Shown here: positions 26,708 to 40,417 of the stretch, one piece after another
Numbering within the stretch: the stretch's first letter is position 1
Layout of the letters: each line of letters starts with the position of its first letter
Assembly: GCA_966430775.1 (NCBI GenBank)
Contig: CBJMMB010000004.1
Coordinates: 3,370-67,369, forward strand
Origin: an uncultured Dyella sp.
Lineage (GTDB): Bacteria > Pseudomonadota > Gammaproteobacteria > Xanthomonadales > Rhodanobacteraceae
Direction: 5' to 3'
Length of the DNA stretch: 64,000 bases
The notes under the pieces: model-generated
Database searches by the model: none
What the model was told of the DNA's origin: nothing
Seen by the model: only the letters and a program-made list of their open reading frames with translations
Position numbers and translations under genes: made by a program

Positions 26708-29601
26708 GAAGCCACTTTGCGCTTGGGTTTGGCTTTGCCGTTGTCGTTTTCGAGCTTGAGGCGCGGCGCTTTCGCGGGCTTCAGATGCGTAGCGAGGAAG
26801 CGGCCGGTGTGCGAGCCCACTGTTGCCGCGACGGTTTCCGGCGTGCCGGTAACCAGGATGCGTCCGCCGCCCGCGCCGCCTTCAGGGCCGAGATCGACGA
26901 TCCAATCAGCAGTCTTGATCACGTCGAGGTTGTGTTCGATCACTACCACCGTGTTGCCCTGGTCGACCAGTTGGTGCAGCACGTCGAGCAGTTGCTCGAT
27001 GTCGTGGAAATGCAGGCCGGTGGTCGGCTCATCCAGGATATACAGCGTGCGGCCGGTTTCGCGCTTGGACAATTCCTTCGACAGCTTCACGCGCTGCGCT
27101 TCGCCGCCAGAAAGCGTGGTCGCACTCTGGCCAAGCTTGATGTAATCCAGGCCCACCGAGCGTAGCGTGTCTATCTTGCGTGCGATCACCGGCACGTTCT
27201 CGAACAACTTGGCGGCGTCTTCGACCGTCATGTCGAGCACGTCGGCAATCGTGTGGCCCTTGTAGAGAATCTCCAGCGTCTCGCGGTTGTAGCGCTTGCC
27301 GTGGCAGACGTCACAGGGCACGTACACGTCCGGCAGGAAGTGCATTTCCACCTTGATCATGCCGTCGCCTTCACAGGCTTCGCAGCGGCCGCCGCGCACG
27401 TTGAAGCTGAAACGGCCTGGCGTGTAGCCGCGCGAACGCGCTTCCGGCACCTGTGCGAACAACTCGCGCAACGGTGTGAACAGGCCGGTGTACGTAGCGG
27501 GATTTGAACGCGGTGTGCGGCCGATCGGCGATTGGTCGATGTCGACCACCTTGTCGAACAGCTCCAGGTTCTCCACCGATTTGTACGGCGCGGGCTGGAT
27601 GCTCGAGCCGTTCAATTCGGCCGCGGCGAGCGCGAACAGCGTGTCGTTGATCAGCGTGGACTTGCCCGAACCCGATACACCGGTGACGCAAGTAAACAAG
27701 CCGGCTGGAATCGAGAGATCCACGTTCTTCAAATTGTTGCCGCTGGCGCCGCGCAAATGCAGCCAGGAGTCCTTGTCGAGCTGCTCGCGACGCTCTTCGG
27801 GCACTTTGATTTCGCGCTTGCCGGAGAGGTATTGACCGGTGACCGAGCGCGGCGAGGCAAGGATATCTTTCAGCGAACCTTGCGCGACGACTTCACCGCC
27901 ATGCACGCCGGCGCCAGGGCCGATGTCGAGAACGTAATCGGCGGCGCGAATCGCATCTTCGTCATGCTCGACCACGATCACGGTGTTGCCCAGATCGCGC
28001 AGGCGCGTGAGCGTGCCGAGCAGGCGTTCGTTGTCGCGCTGATGCAGGCCGATCGACGGTTCGTCCAGCACGTACATCACGCCGACCAGGCCGGCGCCGA
28101 TCTGCGAGGCAAGGCGAATGCGCTGCGCTTCGCCGCCGGACAGCGAATCGGCCTGGCGATCCAGCGTGAGGTAATTCAGGCCCACGTCGTTGAGGAAGCT
28201 CAGGCGCTCGCGGATTTCCTTGACGATCTTCACCGCGATCTCGCCGCGCCAGCCGGTGAGCTTCAGCGTTTCGAAGAACGCCAGCGAATCGTCGATGGAG
28301 CGCGCGGTGAGCGAGGGCAGGGAATGATCGGCCACGAACACATTGCGTGCGGAACGGTTCAGTCGCTGGCCTTCGCATTCGCGGCAGGGCTGGTCGCTGA
28401 TGTACTTGGCCAGTTCCTCGCGCACGGCGGGCGATTCGGTTTCCTTGTAGCGGCGCTCCAGGTTCGGCAGGATGCCTTCGAACGCGTGCTCGCGCGTGAC
28501 CTTGCCGCCGCGCTCGGTGAGGTAGCGGAACTGGATCTTCTCCTTGCCGCTGCCGTACAGCACCGCCTGCTGGATCGTCTTGGGCAGCTTCTGCCACGGC
28601 GTATCCACGTCGAAGCCGTAATGCTTGGCCAGGGACATGATCAGCTGGAAGTAGTGCGCGTTGCGCCGATCCCAGCCGCGGATCGCGCCATTGGCCAGCG
28701 ACAGTTCCGGGTGATGCACCACGCGCTCGGGCGAGAACACCTGGGTGACGCCCAATCCATCGCAGCTCGGGCAGGCGCCCACTGGCGAGTTGAAGGAGAA
28801 CAGGCGCGGTTCCAGTTCCGGCAGCGAGTAATCGCACACCGGGCAGGAATAGCGTGAGGAGAACAATTGCTCGCTGGCCTTCGCGTCGTCCATGTCGACC
28901 ACGATCGCCAGGCCATCGCCCAGGCGCAACGCGGTCTCGAACGATTCGGCCAGGCGTTGCTTGATGTCGTCGCGCGGACGGAAGCGGTCGATCACCGCCT
29001 CGATGGTGTGCTTCTGGCGCAGGGTGAGCGGCGGCACGGCGTCCAGGTCATGCACCACGCCATCCACGCGGGCGCGCACGAAGCCCTGCGCACGCAGCTG
29101 CTCGAACACCTGCACGTGCTCGCCCTTGCGCTCGCGGATCACCGGCGCCAGCAGCATGAAGCGCTTTTCCGGATTCAGCGCCAGGGTGCTGTCCACCATC
29201 TGGCTTACCGTCTGCGCTTCCAGCGGAATGCCGTGGTCCGGGCAGCGCGGCGTGCCGACGCGGGCGTACAGCAGGCGCAGGTAGTCGTAGACCTCGGTGA
29301 TGGTGCCCACGGTGGAGCGCGGGTTGTGCGAGGTGGATTTCTGCTCGATCGAGATCGCCGGCGACAGGCCCTCGATATGGTCCACGTCCGGCTTTTCCAT
29401 CATCGACAGGAATTGCCGCGCATAGGCCGACAGCGATTCGACATAGCGTCGCTGGCCTTCGGCATAGATGGTGTCGAACGCCAGCGAGGACTTGCCCGAA
29501 CCGGACAGCCCGGTGATCACGATCAGCCGATCGCGGGGCAAGTCCAGGTCGATGTTCTTGAGGTTGTGCGTGCGCGCGCCGCGGATGCGTATGGTGTCCA
29601 T
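26704..29601 (-). CDS. uvrA: excinuclease ABC subunit A
   Basis: [11 protein letters not shown]; two Walker A motifs ([16 protein letters not shown]); two LSGGEAQR signatures; zinc fingers. Confidence 0.98.
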   Translation of the reverse strand: MDTIRIRGARTHNLKNIDLDLPRDRLIVITGLSGSGKSSLAFDTIYAEGQRRYVESLSAYARQFLSMMEKPDVDHIEGLSPAISIEQKSTSHNPRSTVGTITEVYDYLRLLYARVGTPRCPDHGIPLEAQTVSQMVDSTLALNPEKRFMLLAPVIRERKGEHVQVFEQLRAQGFVRARVDGVVHDLDAVPPLTLRQKHTIEAVIDRFRPRDDIKQRLAESFETALRLGDGLAIVVDMDDAKASEQLFSSRYSCPVCDYSLPELEPRLFSFNSPVGACPSCDGLGVTQVFSPERVVHHPELSLANGAIRGWDRRNAHYFQLIMSLAKHYGFDVDTPWQKLPKTIQQAVLYGSGKEKIQFRYLTERGGKVTREHAFEGILPNLERRYKETESPAVREELAKYISDQPCRECEGQRLNRSARNVFVADHSLPSLTARSIDDSLAFFETLKLTGWRGEIAVKIVKEIRERLSFLNDVGLNYLTLDRQADSLSGGEAQRIRLASQIGAGLVGVMYVLDEPSIGLHQRDNERLLGTLTRLRDLGNTVIVVEHDEDAIRAADYVLDIGPGAGVHGGEVVAQGSLKDILASPRSVTGQYLSGKREIKVPEERREQLDKDSWLHLRGASGNNLKNVDLSIPAGLFTCVTGVSGSGKSTLINDTLFALAAAELNGSSIQPAPYKSVENLELFDKVVDIDQSPIGRTPRSNPATYTGLFTPLRELFAQVPEARSRGYTPGRFSFNVRGGRCEACEGDGMIKVEMHFLPDVYVPCDVCHGKRYNRETLEILYKGHTIADVLDMTVEDAAKLFENVPVIARKIDTLRSVGLDYIKLGQSATTLSGGEAQRVKLSKELSKRETGRTLYILDEPTTGLHFHDIEQLLDVLHQLVDQGNTVVVIEHNLDVIKTADWIVDLGPEGGAGGGRILVTGTPETVAATVGSHTGRFLATHLKPAKAPRLKLENDNGKAKPKRKVAS

Positions 29602-29838
29602 CACGCCTGACTATTTGGGGGACCGCACACTATAACAAGTGGCCCAGGGCTGACCGTATGACAGCGAGCCAACCCTGCTGACAGCGTGATGTCAGCAGTC
29701 GTAGCTTGGGTTAGCGCAGCGTAACCCAACAGTTTCGTGGCAAGCGTTGAATTGTCCCGCCAGGCCGTCTAGGCAGCAGCCAGACAGGCGACTATGCTCG
29801 CCCGCTACGTTCCCGGGCGCGCGACGCGGAGGCTGCAT

Positions 29839-30312
29839 ATGGCTGGCAAATGGGTGTTGGGGGTGGGTTTGTGCGCTGCGCTGGCGGCCGGCTCCGCATG
29901 GGCGTCGGCGCCCTCCGAGGCGCAGGTGCGGGAGCTGATGCAGGTGATGAACGTGCCCGGCCAGTTCACCGTGATGAACAACCAGATGGCCACCATGATG
30001 AGCCAGCAGCTGCCCTGCGTTTCGGCCGACTACTGGAAGAACTACATCGACAAGGGTGGCCAGGAACAGCTGCTTACGGCGATGATCCCGGCCTACCAGC
30101 ACCATTTCACGTCCGATGAGGTGGAAGGCCTGATCAAGTTCTACAAATCCCCGCTGGGCCAGAAACTGGTCGCCCAGATGCCGGCCACCATGGCCGAGGC
30201 CGCCCAGAGCGGCCAGCAGTGGGGCCGCCAGCGCACCTCGGACATGTTCAGCGAGCTGCAGAAGCAGGGCAAACTGGACGGCCAGGGCCGCTGCCCCGGC
30301 ACCAGCCAGTAG
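29839..30312 (+). CDS. DUF2059-family exported protein
   Basis: Signal peptide; YQHHFTSDEVEGLIKFYKSPLGQKLV. Confidence 0.8.
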   Translation: MAGKWVLGVGLCAALAAGSAWASAPSEAQVRELMQVMNVPGQFTVMNNQMATMMSQQLPCVSADYWKNYIDKGGQEQLLTAMIPAYQHHFTSDEVEGLIKFYKSPLGQKLVAQMPATMAEAAQSGQQWGRQRTSDMFSELQKQGKLDGQGRCPGTSQ

Positions 30313-30372
30313 GGTGGGGTGCCAACCCCAGCATCGGAATGCCAACCCGGAAGCCCGATAGCTGGTCAGTGA

Positions 30373-30402
30373 TTGACCAGTGGCGGGTTCCGTCGCTAAA
30401 AT
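30373..30402 (+). promoter_or_regulatory. sigma70-type promoter of rplU-rpmA
   Basis: TTGACC-N18-TAAAAT. Confidence 0.6.
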
Positions 30403-30469
30403 CCGCAGTTCGCCGCGCCCGCATGGGCCGCGACGAACCCAAGAGAATAACGACAGAAGGGCCATTCCC

Positions 30470-30784
30470 ATGAGTTATGCAGTCATCAAGACCGGCGGCA
30501 AGCAATACCGCGTCCAGCAGGGCGACGTCCTGCGCGTGGAGCTGCTGAACGCCGAAGAAGGCGCCAGCGTGAATTTCGACCAGGTGCTGCTGGTCGGTTC
30601 CGGTGAAACCATCACCGTCGGCGCCCCGATCGTTTCCGGCGCCACCGTCACCGCCACCGTGCGCAAGCATGGCCGCGCCGACAAGGTCCGCATCATCAAG
30701 TTCCGCCGCCGCAAGCACCACAAGAAGCAGCAGGGACATCGTCAGCATTTTACCGAAGTCGAGATCACGGGCATCAACGCCTGA
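30470..30784 (+). CDS. rplU: 50S ribosomal protein L21
   Basis: [25 protein letters not shown]. Confidence 0.98.
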   Translation: MSYAVIKTGGKQYRVQQGDVLRVELLNAEEGASVNFDQVLLVGSGETITVGAPIVSGATVTATVRKHGRADKVRIIKFRRRKHHKKQQGHRQHFTEVEITGINA

Positions 30785-30809
30785 TCCGCCAATTCTGGAG
30801 TAATCAGTC

Positions 30810-31067
30810 ATGGCACATAAAAAAGGCGTAGGTTCATCCCGCAACGGTCGCGATTCGAACCCGAAATACCTCGGCGTGAAGATCTACGGTGGCCAGGCCA
30901 TCGAAGCCGGCAACATCATCGTCCGCCAGCGCGGCACCAAGTTCCATGCCGGCACCGGCGTGGGCCTGGGCCGTGACCATACCCTGTTCGCCCTCGTGGA
31001 CGGCGTGGTCGAGTTCAAGACCCGCGGCGCGGACAACCGCAAGTTCGTCAACGTGGTCAAGGCCTAA
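30810..31067 (+). CDS. rpmA: 50S ribosomal protein L27
   Basis: [26 protein letters not shown]. Confidence 0.98.
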   Translation: MAHKKGVGSSRNGRDSNPKYLGVKIYGGQAIEAGNIIVRQRGTKFHAGTGVGLGRDHTLFALVDGVVEFKTRGADNRKFVNVVKA

Positions 31068-31087
31068 TTAGGGCCTCATGTTGCAAC

Positions 31088-31118
31088 GAAGGCCCCGCTC
31101 CGGCGGGGCTTTTCGTTT
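31088..31118 (+). terminator. intrinsic terminator after rpmA
   Basis: GCCCCGC-TCCG-GCGGGGC followed by TTTTCGTTT. Confidence 0.85.
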
Positions 31119-31120
31119 AC

Positions 31121-32283
<1,163 letters not shown>

Positions 32284-32292
32284 GCGCTCCAT

Positions 32293-32451
32293 CTCCCTCT
32301 CCCCTCCGGGGAGAGGGTCGGGGTGAGGGGCCAACCTCGCGATTAAGGTTATAAATACGCGCTTGGAAAAAAGAGCAAAACGAAAGCGATGATGGAATTT
32401 TCGGCGAGTGTGACCCCTCACCCCAGCCCTCTCCCCGGAGGGGAGAGGGAG
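32293..32451. repeat. REPIN-like palindromic doublet (CCCTCTCCCCTCCGGGGAGAGGG family)
   Basis: Inverted arms around an AT-rich spacer; related element at 41619-41765. Confidence 0.8.
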
Positions 32452-32462
32452 AAAAACGCAGC

Positions 32463-33929
32463 ATGAAACTCCAGGCCCGCATCGCCACCTACCACCGCCT
32501 GCGCGACGAACCGCTCTGGCGCCTGCTCGCGGCCGACCACGCCCCGGAAATCATCGGCCTCTTGCAAACCGTGCTGATGGACGGCGAGCGCACGCTCAGC
32601 GCCTCCATCCTGTTCGAGCGCCTGCAGCATCACCTGGACGCCATCAACGCCTCCGACCTGCCGCGCGAACTGCCGCGCACCGCGCAAGCCTACGTGGCCG
32701 ACTGGCTGGCCAAAGGTTTCCTGGAACGCCGCCTGCCCGAAGGCGCCAGCGAAGAGGAATACGAACTCTCCGCGCAGGCCGCGCAGGCGATCCGCTTCGT
32801 CAGCACGCTGGACACGCCGCGCAGCGCCGCCACCGAAAGCCGCCTGTCGCTGGTGATCCAGCAACTGGTGCGCCTGGCCGAGCAGACCGAAACCGATCCC
32901 ACCGCGCGCCTGCAGGCGCTGTACGCCGAACGCGACCGGCTGGATGCGGAGATCGCGCGCGTCGGTACCGGCAAGGTTGCGACGCTGGACGGCAAGCGCG
33001 CACTGGAACGCGCGCGCGAAGTGATCCAGCTCGCCGACGAACTGGCGGAAGATTTCCGCCGCGTGCGCGACGATTTCGAGCGCCTCAACCGCGACTTCCG
33101 CGAACGCATCATCGACGACGAAGGCGAGCGCGGCGACGTGCTCGATCGCCTGTTCGAAGGCGTCGACGTGATCGCCGAAAGCGAAGCCGGCCGCAGCTTC
33201 AACGCGTTCTGGAACCTGCTCAACGACGTCGAACAAAGCGCGCAGCTGGATGCCGCGCTGGAAAGCGTGCTTGCGCGCAATTTCGCCAAGAAACTGCAGC
33301 GTCACGAACGCCAGTTCCTGCGCGGCTTCACCGGCGTAATGCTGGAACGCGGCGGCCACGTGCACGACGTGCTGCAACACTTCGCGCGCAGCCTGCGCGG
33401 TTTCGTGCAAAGCCGCGGCTATCTCGAACAGCGCCGCTTGAACCAGCTGCTGAAACAGGCTCAAGCGGAAGCGCTGCAATTGCGCGATGCTGTCAACGTG
33501 CGCCAGCGCACGCCGTACACGCTCCAGCTCACCACCAGCCGCCTGCGCTCACTCTCGCAATGGCGTCTGCACGATCCGCGCAACGCGCAGGTGGACGGCA
33601 GCATCGTGCGCAGCGAAGGCGCAGCCATTTCGCTCGACAGCGTCAGCGAACTGGTGTCGCAGTCGGAAATCGACTTCCGCAGCCTGCGCCGCGATCTGCA
33701 CGACCTGCTCGCCGAACACGACCAGCTTTCCATCAGCCAGGTATTGAACCAGCGCCCCGCCGAACAAGGCCTGGGCAGCGTGGTGGGCTACCTCTCGCTG
33801 GCCACGCGGCATGGCGTGATCGGCAACGAGCAGGAAGCGATCAGCTGGAAAGGCGGCGATGGCCAATGGCGCCACGCGCGCATTCCCTTGGTGTGGTTTT
33901 TGAAAGAGAAACGCCATGAATTTGCTTGA
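32463..33929 (+). CDS. jetA: Wadjet JetA (DUF3375, kleisin-like)
   Basis: [47 protein letters not shown]; first gene of an overlapping four-gene operon. Confidence 0.85.
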   Translation: MKLQARIATYHRLRDEPLWRLLAADHAPEIIGLLQTVLMDGERTLSASILFERLQHHLDAINASDLPRELPRTAQAYVADWLAKGFLERRLPEGASEEEYELSAQAAQAIRFVSTLDTPRSAATESRLSLVIQQLVRLAEQTETDPTARLQALYAERDRLDAEIARVGTGKVATLDGKRALERAREVIQLADELAEDFRRVRDDFERLNRDFRERIIDDEGERGDVLDRLFEGVDVIAESEAGRSFNAFWNLLNDVEQSAQLDAALESVLARNFAKKLQRHERQFLRGFTGVMLERGGHVHDVLQHFARSLRGFVQSRGYLEQRRLNQLLKQAQAEALQLRDAVNVRQRTPYTLQLTTSRLRSLSQWRLHDPRNAQVDGSIVRSEGAAISLDSVSELVSQSEIDFRSLRRDLHDLLAEHDQLSISQVLNQRPAEQGLGSVVGYLSLATRHGVIGNEQEAISWKGGDGQWRHARIPLVWFLKEKRHEFA

Positions 33930-34590
33930 AGACGAAATCTCGCCCATCGAGCCCGCATCCGCGCCCGTGCGCGACAAGGGGCTGTTCGATGGCGACACTG
34001 GCACGCTGCCGCTGGATGCACGCCGCGCGCTGTGCCAATTGCTGAGCGGCCCCAGTGTGGACGCGAGCCGGCATAGCCAGCTGTGGCCGGCGGTGCTGCG
34101 CTATGAGGCGCAACTGCGGTCTCATCTCAACGATCTGTTCCTGGAACTGGTGCTCGATCGCGATGCCGGAGTGGCCTTTACGCGCCAGGCCGATACGGGC
34201 GAACTGGAGACGCCAGTGCTGCTGCGCTCGTCGCCGCTCACCTTTATCGATTCGGTGTTGCTGCTGCATTTGCGCCAGCAATTGGCCGAAGCCGACGCGC
34301 AAGGTCGTCGCGCCGTGGTGGAGGAAACCGTGCTGGTGGATGCGCTGTCGGTGTACGAAAAAAATCTTTCCACCGATCGCGCCGGCTTCAACAAGCGCGT
34401 GGCAGCCTCCATCACCAAGATGAAAGAAAACCACGTGCTGGAAAAGCTGCGCGGCAGCGACGACCGTTACGAAGTGTCGCCCGCGCTGAAGCTGCTGTTC
34501 TCCGCCGAGGACGTGCAGAACCTCGCGCAGATCTACCGTCAATTGCGCGAAGCGGACGAAGCCATGGAGGACGCTGCGGATGAACGCTAA
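33916..34590 (+). CDS. jetB: Wadjet JetB (DUF4194, kite-like)
   Basis: [40 protein letters not shown]. Confidence 0.85.
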   Translation: MNLLEDEISPIEPASAPVRDKGLFDGDTGTLPLDARRALCQLLSGPSVDASRHSQLWPAVLRYEAQLRSHLNDLFLELVLDRDAGVAFTRQADTGELETPVLLRSSPLTFIDSVLLLHLRQQLAEADAQGRRAVVEETVLVDALSVYEKNLSTDRAGFNKRVAASITKMKENHVLEKLRGSDDRYEVSPALKLLFSAEDVQNLAQIYRQLREADEAMEDAADER

Positions 34591-37500
34591 GACCAAGACG
34601 TCGCGCAAGCAGGCCAAGCTCGAGGCCGCACCTTCGCTGTTCATGTCCGATCTGCCCGATCCGCGCGACGAACAGTTCCGCATGCGGCGCTTGCAGGTGC
34701 TCAACTGGGGCACCTTCAGCGGGCTGGTGGATATTCCCATCGCCGAGCGCGGCTTTCTGTTCGTGGGCCGTTCCGGCTCAGGCAAATCCACCTTGCTCGA
34801 TGCGATGTCGGCCTTGCTGGTGCCGCCCAACCTGGTGGATTTCAACGCCGCCGCGCGCGAAGCCGAACGCAGCGGCCGCGATCGCAGCCTGGTTTCCTAC
34901 GTGCGCGGCGCGTGGGCCGACCAGCACGATGGCGAGTCGGGCGAAATCGCCACGCAATACCTGCGCAAGGGCAGCACCTGGTCGGCCCTCGCGCTGGAAT
35001 ACCGCAATGCGCTGGGCCAATCGGTCAGCGTGATCCGTCTGTTCTGGGTGGCCGGCAACGGTTCCACCGCGGCGGACGTGAAAAAGCATTACATGGTGTG
35101 CGAGCGCGCCTTCGACGTCGCCACCGAGATGCAAGGCTTCGACCTGGATCTGCGCAAGCTCAAGGCGCGGCTCGGCGAGGACGTGCATCACTTCGATACC
35201 TTCGCCGGCTACGCCGAACGCTTCCGCCGCCTGCTCGGCATCCAGAACGAAATGGCGCTGAAGCTGCTGCATAAAACGCAGTCGGCCAAGAACCTGGGCG
35301 ATCTCAACGGCTTTCTGCGCGGCTTCATGCTGGACGAGCCGGAGACCTTCGGCGCCGCCAATCGATTGGTGACGGATTTCGGCGAGCTCGATGCCGCGCA
35401 CAAGGCGGTTGTGATTGCGCGCGAGCAAGTCGAAACACTGGTGCCCGCGCGTTCGGCGTATGAAAACCTGCAGGCGCTGCGGCGCGAAACCAGCACCCTG
35501 CGCGAGCTGCACCTGTGCGTGGACACCTGGCGCGAACAGCGCCGATTGGTGCTGCTGGACGAACGTCTGGCCGAACTCAACGTGCGCGACGTGGCGCTGG
35601 AAGGCGAGATCGCGCAACGCCGCCAGACGCTGGAAAACCATGACCGCCGCCTGGCCGATCTGGAACAGCAGCGCCGCGAGCAGGGCGGCGACCTGATCGA
35701 TCAGCTTGAACGCGAGCACGAGCAAGTCGCGCGCGAACGCGACGAACGCATGAAGCGCCGCGACAAGGCGGAAAAAGCCTGCGGCGCATTGGGCTGGACC
35801 TTGTCGCCGACGGCGCAAGGTTTCGCCGAGCTGATCGGCAGCGCGCGCGAGCTGCTCGATGGCGCACGCGACCGCGCGGCCAGCCTGGAAGAACGCATGG
35901 ATGCGCTCAAGCGCGAACGCGATCAATGCAGCCAGCGCTTCGCCGCCGTGCGCGCGGAAATCGACGCGCTCAAGCGCAATCCGTCCAACATTCCGGCACC
36001 GATCCAGGCGATGCGCGCACGCCTGTGCAGCGAACTGGGCTGGTCGGAAAACACCTTGCCGTTCGTGGGCGAGCTGTTGCAGGTGAAGGGTGAGCACGCC
36101 GCGTGGCGTGGCGCGATCGAGCGCGTCTTGCACGGCTTCGCCTTGTCGCTGCTGGTGGACGAGCGGCACTACGCCGAGGTTTCCAACTGGGTCAACAAGA
36201 CCCACCTGGGCGGCAAGCTGGTGTATTACCGCGTGGGCCGCGTGGATGCGCTCGGCCATCGCACGCCGGAATCGCGCTCGCTGATCCACCGCCTGGAACT
36301 GCGTGACCATGCGCATCGCGACTGGCTGGCCAACGAACTGGCGCGCCGCTTCGATTACACCTGCGCCGATTCGCCCGCGGCCTTGCGCAACGCGGATCGT
36401 GCGATCACCCGCGAGGGCTTGGTCAAGCATGGCGGCGATCGGCACGAGAAGGACGATCGTCGCGCCGTCGACGATCGCCGCAACTGGGTGCTGGGTTTCG
36501 ACAACCGCGACAAGCTGGCGCTGTTCGAGCGCGAAGGGCAGGAACTGGCGCAGTCGATCGCGCAATCGGCCAGTGAGTTGGATTCGCTGAAAGCCGAACG
36601 CGACGCTGATGGCGATCGCCGCCTGGCCGCTTCGCAACTGGTGAACCTGGAGTGGGAGGAAATCGACGTCGCGCCGAAGCTGCGCCGCCTCGGCGATATC
36701 GAAGACCAACTGCAGCAACTGCGCGCCGGCGACACCACGCTGCAAGAAATCATGCACCAGCTGGATGCCGAGCGCGCGATACGCGAACGCGTTGCGAAAA
36801 ATCTCGACGATGCCAAAGCCGAACGGCTTTCGCTGGGAAAGGAACGCAGCGACTGCGGCAAGCAGCGCGAATCCTGCCTGCCGCTTGCCCACGCCATGTC
36901 GCTTTCGCCGGCACAGAACGAGGCGCTGGCCGGTCGTTTGCCGCAACATCCGCCGTTGGGGCTGGACAACCTCGATCGCCAGATCAACCAGGTCAAGGAC
37001 GGCTTGAACGTTGCGCTCGCCGAGCAGGCCCAGCACGACAACGCGCTGGTGCAAGCCATCGAGGAATGCTTCCGCAGCTTCTGCCGCCGCTGGCCGCAGG
37101 AAAGCGCCGACTTCACGCCCAACATGGATTCGGTGGAAGGCTTTCTCTCGCGCCTGCGTCGCCTGGAACTGGACGGTCTGCCGAAACACGAAGCGCGCTT
37201 CTTCGAGCTATTGCAAAGCCAGAGCAAGCAGAACCTGCTGGTGCTGCAAAAACACATGACCGAAGCGCGCAAATCGATCGGCCAGCGCATGGACGAAGTG
37301 AACGAAAGCCTGGAGCGCGTACCGTTCAATCGCGGCACCATCCTGCAGATCGATCTTACCGACCGCAATCTGCCGGAAGTGCGCGAGTTCCAGCTGCAAC
37401 TGCGCGAAGTGCTGTCGCATCACCAGACCGAAGACCGCGACCGCGCCGAAGCGCAGTTCGCCGTATTGCGCCAATTGGTGGCGAAGCTGGCGGCGGACGA

Positions 37501-37984
37501 CCCCGAGCACAAGCGCTGGCGCGAACAGGTGCTGGACGTGCGCCAGCATGTCGAGTTCGTCGGCGTTGAAAAAGACGCCAGCACACGCGAGACGGTGGAG
37601 GTGTATCGCAGTGGCGCCGGCAAATCCGGTGGCCAGCGGCAGAAACTCGCCACCACATGCCTTGCTGCCGCACTGCGCTACCAGCTCGGCGGCGACGACG
37701 GCCATCTGCCGCGCTACGCACCGGTGGTGCTCGACGAAGCCTTCGACAAGGCCGACAACGAATTCACCGCACTGGCGATGAACATCTTCGAGAACTTCGG
37801 TTTCCAGATGGTGGTGGCGACGCCTTTGAAATCGGTGATGACGCTGGAACCGTTCATCGGCGGTGCCTGCTTTGTCGATATCACCGGTCGGCATGATTCG
37901 GGCGTGCTGCTGATCGAATACGACCAGGACAACAAGCGGCTGGCCTTGCCGGAAAAGGCGCGTCAGGTCGATGCGGACGCCTGA
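34580..37984 (+). CDS. jetC: Wadjet JetC SMC-family ATPase
   Basis: QVLNWGTF, Walker [14 protein letters not shown], long coiled coils with a central hinge, signature KSGGQ, Walker B VVLDEAF. Confidence 0.9.
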   Translation: MNAKTKTSRKQAKLEAAPSLFMSDLPDPRDEQFRMRRLQVLNWGTFSGLVDIPIAERGFLFVGRSGSGKSTLLDAMSALLVPPNLVDFNAAAREAERSGRDRSLVSYVRGAWADQHDGESGEIATQYLRKGSTWSALALEYRNALGQSVSVIRLFWVAGNGSTAADVKKHYMVCERAFDVATEMQGFDLDLRKLKARLGEDVHHFDTFAGYAERFRRLLGIQNEMALKLLHKTQSAKNLGDLNGFLRGFMLDEPETFGAANRLVTDFGELDAAHKAVVIAREQVETLVPARSAYENLQALRRETSTLRELHLCVDTWREQRRLVLLDERLAELNVRDVALEGEIAQRRQTLENHDRRLADLEQQRREQGGDLIDQLEREHEQVARERDERMKRRDKAEKACGALGWTLSPTAQGFAELIGSARELLDGARDRAASLEERMDALKRERDQCSQRFAAVRAEIDALKRNPSNIPAPIQAMRARLCSELGWSENTLPFVGELLQVKGEHAAWRGAIERVLHGFALSLLVDERHYAEVSNWVNKTHLGGKLVYYRVGRVDALGHRTPESRSLIHRLELRDHAHRDWLANELARRFDYTCADSPAALRNADRAITREGLVKHGGDRHEKDDRRAVDDRRNWVLGFDNRDKLALFEREGQELAQSIAQSASELDSLKAERDADGDRRLAASQLVNLEWEEIDVAPKLRRLGDIEDQLQQLRAGDTTLQEIMHQLDAERAIRERVAKNLDDAKAERLSLGKERSDCGKQRESCLPLAHAMSLSPAQNEALAGRLPQHPPLGLDNLDRQINQVKDGLNVALAEQAQHDNALVQAIEECFRSFCRRWPQESADFTPNMDSVEGFLSRLRRLELDGLPKHEARFFELLQSQSKQNLLVLQKHMTEARKSIGQRMDEVNESLERVPFNRGTILQIDLTDRNLPEVREFQLQLREVLSHHQTEDRDRAEAQFAVLRQLVAKLAADDPEHKRWREQVLDVRQHVEFVGVEKDASTRETVEVYRSGAGKSGGQRQKLATTCLAAALRYQLGGDDGHLPRYAPVVLDEAFDKADNEFTALAMNIFENFGFQMVVATPLKSVMTLEPFIGGACFVDITGRHDSGVLLIEYDQDNKRLALPEKARQVDADA

Positions 37985-39134
37985 GGAACTGCGCGAACGC
38001 TTGCAATCGCGCTGGATCAACCTGCGTTGCAATTGGCTGCTGGGCAAGGGCGACTGGCCGTATCCGCTTTCCACCGAACGGCCGACCGGTGCGCAGGTGT
38101 TGGCGGATGGGAAGGCGTTCGGTGTGTGGCTGACAAGCTGGAACCGCTTCGCTGCTACCACGTACGGGCGGGTCGAGCGCGACATGGTGAATTTGGGACC
38201 TGCCGGGCAGCATGAGTTGCCGGTGCGCTGGGTGTTCGATACTCCCGAGGCGGTGGCGGCCGAGCTTGGACAGGCGACACAATGGTCGAAAGCCCGGCAG
38301 CGTTTTGACCGCTTGGCAGCATGGAAGCGTGGCGATGCACGCTGGCATGCTGAACTATCGCGTCGTTTCGATCTGCTCGCCGACATGGGTGAAGCCGAGT
38401 TTGTACGCTTATGCGACGTAGTGGCGTGGCTGCGCAAACATCCGGCTTCGGGTTTCTATGCGCGGCAATTGCCGGTGCAGGGTATCGATAGCAAGTGGGT
38501 AGAGTCGCGTCGCGCAGTGGTGGCAGCCTGGACCGCCGCGCTGCATGGAAGCGAAACAACGGGCGATTTTTATGCGGTGACAGGTTTGCGCGCCGCGCCG
38601 GATCGCCTGCGTATGCGCTTGCTCGATCGCGAACTGAAAGACGCGATAGGCGGCCTCTCCGACATCGAAGCGCCAGCCGAGGAATTCATCAACTTGAAGC
38701 TCCCCGCGCGGCAAGCGCTGATCGTGGAAAACCTGGTCACCGGGCTTGCCTGCGAAACCTTGCCCGGCACGGTGGTATTCATGCGCCGCGGCTACGCGGT
38801 GGAGGCGTTGGCGAAACTGCCGTGGCTCGCGCGGCTGCCTGTGTATTACTGGGGCGATATCGACACGCATGGGCTGGCCATTCTCAGTCGCTTGCGTGGT
38901 TATCTGCCGCAGACAAAATCGTTGATGATGGACGAAGCGACCTTGCTCGCATTCAAGACCTTGTGGGGCAGGGAAGAAAAGCCTGCGGCGCCGGAGCTTG
39001 CACATCTCACGGAAACGGAGCAGCAGCTATATCGCGCACTGCGCGAAGGTGAGTACAGGCAGGTGCGCTTGGAGCAGGAGCGCATCGCCTGGAACGCCGC
39101 CTGGCAACATGTGACGAGCGCAATGTCCCCGTAG
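37971..39134 (+). CDS. jetD: Wadjet JetD Toprim nuclease (DUF3322 + DUF2220)
   Basis: RQLPVQGIDSKWVE, LIVENL, YYWGDIDTHGLAIL, RLEQERI. Confidence 0.88.
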   Translation: MRTPEELRERLQSRWINLRCNWLLGKGDWPYPLSTERPTGAQVLADGKAFGVWLTSWNRFAATTYGRVERDMVNLGPAGQHELPVRWVFDTPEAVAAELGQATQWSKARQRFDRLAAWKRGDARWHAELSRRFDLLADMGEAEFVRLCDVVAWLRKHPASGFYARQLPVQGIDSKWVESRRAVVAAWTAALHGSETTGDFYAVTGLRAAPDRLRMRLLDRELKDAIGGLSDIEAPAEEFINLKLPARQALIVENLVTGLACETLPGTVVFMRRGYAVEALAKLPWLARLPVYYWGDIDTHGLAILSRLRGYLPQTKSLMMDEATLLAFKTLWGREEKPAAPELAHLTETEQQLYRALREGEYRQVRLEQERIAWNAAWQHVTSAMSP

Positions 39135-39260
39135 GTTGGGCTGAGGCGTAGCCGAACCCCAACGCAAGAATGTGGATGGCAACGTTGGGGTTCGGCTGCG
39201 CCTCAGCCCAACCTACGTGAGCTGCGCGCCGGCTTTGTAGGCTGGGGTGCGAACCCCAGC
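39131..39260. repeat. GTAG-family REP cluster (doublet plus single copy)
   Basis: GTAGGTTGGGCTGAGGCGTAGCCGAACCCCAAC, its inverse, then GTAGGCTGGGGTGCGAACCCCAGC. Confidence 0.85.
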
Positions 39261-39373
39261 GTCGTCATGCGTGGCAAGCGGAGTGTTGAGGTTTGCGCCA
39301 AAAGATGACCTGCGAACCATGCAAACAGGCCATCAATCGTTCATGATGCGTTGTCGTCCTGCCGGAGCTGCTC

Positions 39374-40417
39374 ATGTCCGATCGTCGCAATTTCATCAAG
39401 GCCTCGTTGCTGGCCACTTCCGCGCTGGCGCTGCCGCGCATTTCCCGTAGCACCGCCACGCTTGCCGGTTCCGTGCCGGGCAATGTCGGTGCGCGCGTCG
39501 TTTCCACCTGGGATTTCGGCGTGCCGGCCAACCAGGCGGCGTGGGCGATTCTGGGCAAGGGCGGCAAGCCGCTGGATGCGGTAGAGAAGGGCGTGATGGT
39601 GCCCGAGTCGGACCTCAACAATCACAGCGTGGGACGCGCGGGTTATCCAGATCGCGACGGCCACGTGACGCTGGACGCCAGCATCATGGACGGCGACGGC
39701 CGCTGCGGTGCGGTGGCGGCGCTGGAACATATCGGCCATCCGATCAACGTGGCGCGCAAGGTGATGGAGAACACGCCGCACGTGCTGCTGGTCGGCGACG
39801 GCGCGCTGGAGTTCGCCTTGCAGCAGGGCTTCACGAAGGAAGACCTGCTCACGCCCGAATCGGAAAAGGCGTGGCACGAATGGTTGAAGCAGGCCAAGTA
39901 CAAGCCGGTGGCCAACAGCGAGAACCTCGATTACCACCGCAGCCTGGGCCTGCCCGGCGGCAAGCACAACCACGACACCATCGGCATGCTGGCGGTGGAT
40001 GCGAACGGCCATCTCGCCGGTGCGTGCACCACCAGCGGCATGGCGTGGAAGCTGCACGGCCGCGTCGGCGACAGCCCGATCATCGGCGCCGGTTTGTATG
40101 TCGACAATGAAGTGGGCGGTGCCACCTCCACCGGCGTGGGCGAGGAAGTGATCCGCACCGCCGGCAGCTTCCTGGTGGTGGAATTGATGCGTCACGGCCG
40201 CAGTCCGCAGGAAGCGTGCGAAGAAGCCGTGCGGCGTATCGTGAAGAAACGCCCGGATGCGGCGAAGGAATTGCAGGTAGGCTTTCTCGCCCTGCGGCGC
40301 GATGGCGAATGCGGCGCCTATGCGATTCAGAAAGGTTTCACCTATGCGGTGTGCGACGCGCAACAGCAGGATCGCCTGCTCGCCTCGCCCAGCGTTTACC
40401 AGACGACGTATTCCTGA
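39374..40417 (+). CDS. N4-(beta-N-acetylglucosaminyl)-L-asparaginase (glycosylasparaginase), Tat-exported
   Basis: DRRNFIK twin-arginine signal; autoproteolysis site HDTIG; GRVGDSPIIGAG, TGVGEEVIR. Confidence 0.9.
   Translation: MSDRRNFIKASLLATSALALPRISRSTATLAGSVPGNVGARVVSTWDFGVPANQAAWAILGKGGKPLDAVEKGVMVPESDLNNHSVGRAGYPDRDGHVTLDASIMDGDGRCGAVAALEHIGHPINVARKVMENTPHVLLVGDGALEFALQQGFTKEDLLTPESEKAWHEWLKQAKYKPVANSENLDYHRSLGLPGGKHNHDTIGMLAVDANGHLAGACTTSGMAWKLHGRVGDSPIIGAGLYVDNEVGGATSTGVGEEVIRTAGSFLVVELMRHGRSPQEACEEAVRRIVKKRPDAAKELQVGFLALRRDGECGAYAIQKGFTYAVCDAQQQDRLLASPSVYQTTYS

Noticed and set aside
29605-29700. LexA box upstream of uvrA
   Set aside because: The best candidate CTGACCGTATGACAG has CTG-N9-CAG spacing rather than N10, and no Xanthomonas-type TTAG-N6-TACTA was seen.
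32463-37984. Housekeeping MukBEF or SbcCD interpretation of the SMC operon
   Set aside because: The DUF3375/DUF4194-type subunits and the downstream Toprim gene fit Wadjet better.
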